Positions 17,610-20,000 of a stretch of 20,000 nt of DNA are shown in pieces (positions within the stretch are counted from its first letter, which is position 1; every line of letters begins with the position of its first letter). Made by a program: the position numbers and the translations under genes. The DNA is from Deltaproteobacteria bacterium (lineage in GTDB: Bacteria; JAGRBM01; JAHCIT01), in assembly GCA_026129095.1 (NCBI GenBank), contig JAHCIT010000002.1:366530-386529 (forward strand), read 5' to 3'. The notes under the pieces are model-generated. The model had not been told where the DNA came from. It did no database searches and saw only the letters and a program-made list of their open reading frames with translations.

Positions 17610-18659
17610 CGTCGCCACAATCTTTGCCCGCGCCCGGGCCGCAAACCGGGCCGAACCGGCAGTGGCCGTGATCTGCCTGAGGGCAGCGGGGGGGTCCGGC
17701 CACAGTTTTTCCAGTTCCGCAGCGAGCGAACCGGCATGGGCGAGCAGTTCGAAAAATCCGTACCGCCGGGGAACAAGCCCTTGACGGTCGGCACCTTCCA
17801 TCTCCTCATCCAGCGACGCAGCCGAGCTCCGGGCGAGCGTGACCAGCCCTTCAGCGGCGGCAACGAGTTTGCCGACGACGGCCGCCCGGTCCGTGTTACC
17901 GGCGGCAGAGCCAGCGAGTTCGCGGGAAAAGCGCCTGACCGACGCCGCGAGCCAGCTCGCCATCAGTGCATCTTCCCACTGGCGGAACGGCTTGACGATT
18001 TCAGTCCATCCATTCGTCTTGATGCCCGCAGGCCCAAGCCGCGAGCCGGAAGGAACCCGTACTTTCTCCATCGTGAGTATCCCGTGGGGAGCGGATCCGG
18101 TGACGCCGTGAAGCGGCATCTCCGTCACCGTAAGGCCCGGCGTATTGCGGGAAACAGCGAACACGCCGAGATCACGGCCGCCAGGGGCTTCCCCGCAAAC
18201 GGCAAGGACAAGAAAAAGCGTGCCCACTGGCCCGCCAGTCGTGAACGCCTTGCTGCCGGTAATCGTCCAGAAGCCCTCGCCGTCTTTTGCGGCACAGGTC
18301 GAAATCTTCCCCGGATGGGATCCCACTCCCTGCTCGCTGGCTCCCATACAGAAAAGGCCCGGCTCCGAAGCGTGCAACAGCTCCGGCGCCAGGCGGCGGA
18401 GCACCATGAAACCCATGACGTAGTGAACCGTGAGGGTGAGCGAAACGCCGGGGTCCATGCCCCCGCGGGTAAGGCCCTCCATCACTGCGGCCGCACAGGC
18501 CGGTGACGGGAGTTTTTCGCCCGGAACCAGCCAGCCCCGGCTATTCAGGATCGCCAGCAGCCTTGTCCACTCACCGGGATTCGCCGGCCGCTGAAGCTCC
18601 TTCAGCAGGCCGCCGGCCAGGGCGGCCGCTTCGCCAGACAGTGCATCAACAGCAGGCAT
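17595..18659 (-). CDS. Short acyl-CoA dehydrogenase family protein, 354 aa
   Basis: FCMGASEQGVGS, WTITGSKAFTTGG, FLVLA, FAV...TPGL and VRVP...LG....GW. A GGAGG SD precedes ATG 18659. The 3' end overlaps the convergent MFS gene by 15 nt. Confidence 0.8.
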   Translation of the reverse strand: MPAVDALSGEAAALAGGLLKELQRPANPGEWTRLLAILNSRGWLVPGEKLPSPACAAAVMEGLTRGGMDPGVSLTLTVHYVMGFMVLRRLAPELLHASEPGLFCMGASEQGVGSHPGKISTCAAKDGEGFWTITGSKAFTTGGPVGTLFLVLAVCGEAPGGRDLGVFAVSRNTPGLTVTEMPLHGVTGSAPHGILTMEKVRVPSGSRLGPAGIKTNGWTEIVKPFRQWEDALMASWLAASVRRFSRELAGSAAGNTDRAAVVGKLVAAAEGLVTLARSSAASLDEEMEGADRQGLVPRRYGFFELLAHAGSLAAELEKLWPDPPAALRQITATAGSARFAARARAKIVATLAAG

Positions 18660-18680
18660 TGGAAAACCTCCGGACCCGCA

Positions 18681-18690
18681 TACTATAGCA
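18681..18690. promoter_or_regulatory. Overlapping divergent -10 elements
   Basis: Minus strand has TG-c-TATAGT (extended -10, 18690-18682) and plus strand has TACTAT (18681-18686). This is the only AT-rich patch in the middle of a 70-bp divergent spacer. Confidence 0.5.
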
Positions 18691-18729
18691 GCCGGGCTCC
18701 CCACGAGCCCCAGCGAAAGGAAACCCCGC

Positions 18730-19155
18730 ATGGATCCCCGCTCCCTCAAAGTCGCCGAGATGTTCGCCAATCTCAAGGATACGGCCCGCGCCGATGCCAT
18801 CCTCAACGATCTTTACGATCCTGCATGCGTCTTCATGGATCCGATCCAGAAGGCCGAGGGACTGGAGGCGATCCGGGCGATGAACCGCAGGCTGGCCACC
18901 AAGATGGGCCCGGTCACGGTAAAGCTGCTCGGCGATGCGCTGGAAGACCGAACGCTTGTGATCCGCTGGGTGATGACCTTCAAGGCGCCGTTCATGCGGA
19001 AGTCCGGCAACCTGGAGGGTGTTTCCTGGATGGAGTTCAATGCCGCCGGCAAATGCACCAGACACACTGACTACTGGGACATGGGTGGACTGCTGGATGA
19101 GGTGATTCCCATCGCCAAACCCCTGCATGACGTGGTGCGAAAACTGGCGGGGTGA
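18730..19155 (+). CDS. NTF2/SnoaL-like domain protein
   Basis: LYDPACVFMDP....EGLEAIR, RWVM, GVSWMEF...GK..RHTDYWD. AAGGA SD. Confidence 0.85.
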   Translation: MDPRSLKVAEMFANLKDTARADAILNDLYDPACVFMDPIQKAEGLEAIRAMNRRLATKMGPVTVKLLGDALEDRTLVIRWVMTFKAPFMRKSGNLEGVSWMEFNAAGKCTRHTDYWDMGGLLDEVIPIAKPLHDVVRKLAG

Positions 19156-19166
19156 CCGGACGGCCG

Positions 19167-20000
19167 TCAGGCGGGAATGCTGGCGTATTCCGCGCAACCG
19201 TAATAGTCGCTGATCTCATGGGTTTCGCCGGCCGCATCCATGATCCGGCCCCGGAACCGGCCGCATTTCTGGTGATAAATCCCGAATGGGCGCAGGCTTA
19301 CCGTCTTCCCGCCTTCGGGAAAGAATGTCACGTCGATGTTCCCGGCTTCGTCAGTGGCCCGCCACGGCTTCATGGGATCGCCCCAGTCGGCCTCGAAGTG
19401 CACCGGATCGCAGACTGAAAGCCGGTTATCCACCCACAGGCAATTTTCAGCCCAGTAGGAGTCCGGCTTCTGCGGCGTGTGCGCGAGGTCGGCACCGACC
19501 AGCCGCCCTTTCCGGTCGAAACCGCCGAAGTTGAACCAGCGGTAGTTCAGGCCCTGCAAGCTCGGATGCAGCTTCAGGTCATCCATGTTGGCAATATCCC
19601 GGTCCGGACGGAATTCGAGACGGTCACTCCCGATACGCAGCGAGCCCTCGACCGGCATCTGTGCCTTGTGGTTATAGATGAATCCGCCGCCACGGATGGG
19701 CGACATGAGCACCAGCGGCTGGATCCTTCCCGGTTCCTCATGCCACACGAGTTTTCCCTGCACGGCCGGCTTCTGCCCGCTGGCGGCGATATCGATACTG
19801 ACCTCGTGATGGCCCAGTTCCAGCCGGTGCACGATTTCCAGCCGGTATCCCCGGCCGTCAAACCGGGTGAGGGAATCCCATGTCGATGCGGGTACACAGG
19901 CCTGCCCGCGAAATCCGGGCCGGTCATGGGAAAAGTAGAATCCGGTTTTCCGGTTGTACCCGTATACGACGGCGAGCGAAGCTGCCTTCGCATCGACGAC
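19167..20000 (-). CDS. DUF2804-like protein, partial (runs off the window end)
   Basis: The frame is open from nt 20000 (VVDAKAASL...). Motifs YNHK, YRWFNFGG, ENCLWVD, PMKPW...D...IDVTFFP, YHQ.CGRFRG and GCAE. Confidence 0.75.
   Translation of the reverse strand, partial: VVDAKAASLAVVYGYNRKTGFYFSHDRPGFRGQACVPASTWDSLTRFDGRGYRLEIVHRLELGHHEVSIDIAASGQKPAVQGKLVWHEEPGRIQPLVLMSPIRGGGFIYNHKAQMPVEGSLRIGSDRLEFRPDRDIANMDDLKLHPSLQGLNYRWFNFGGFDRKGRLVGADLAHTPQKPDSYWAENCLWVDNRLSVCDPVHFEADWGDPMKPWRATDEAGNIDVTFFPEGGKTVSLRPFGIYHQKCGRFRGRIMDAAGETHEISDYYGCAEYASIPA

Noticed and set aside
18660-18806. ACAD ORF extension overlapping the SnoaL gene start
   Set aside because: A GGAGG SD and an extended -10 support ATG 18659, which removes the overlap.
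1-20000. CRISPR arrays, tRNA/rRNA genes, IS or integrase genes, prophage and defence systems
   Set aside because: No spaced repeats, cloverleaf signatures, or transposase, integrase or phage motifs were seen by eye. The window is densely coding with short intergenic gaps.

Overview
High-GC (roughly mid-60s % by eye) bacterial chromosomal window. The Skp and OmpA-type lipoprotein genes imply a diderm, and the gene styles resemble delta-proteobacterial or Myxococcota-like lineages (inference only). In order, it holds: the 3' end of a branched-chain amino acid ABC operon (livH partial, livM, livG, livF); a minus-strand rpsO-pnp-dut run ending in a polytopic HEXXH metallopeptidase-like gene; a GT-C (ArnT/PMT-like) glycosyltransferase; an acetyl-CoA hydrolase/CoA-transferase homologue; an orphan Skp/OmpH; an SCPx-type thiolase; ppa; an O-methyltransferase; a coiled-coil OmpA/MotB lipoprotein; a Zn-ribbon membrane protein; a PilZ protein; a Spinster-like MFS transporter; a short acyl-CoA dehydrogenase-like gene; an NTF2/SnoaL protein; and a partial DUF2804 gene. 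No rRNA, tRNA, CRISPR array or mobile element was seen. Three observations stand out. (1) The glycosyltransferase is frameshifted by exactly one extra copy of a 7-bp repeat, (TGGCGGC)x3, which is either a slippage switch, a recent knockout or an assembly error. (2) The CoA-transferase homologue lacks the canonical catalytic Glu. (3) Tandem palindromic operator-like sites overlap the putative thiolase promoter. All family calls come from motif recognition, not from database searches.
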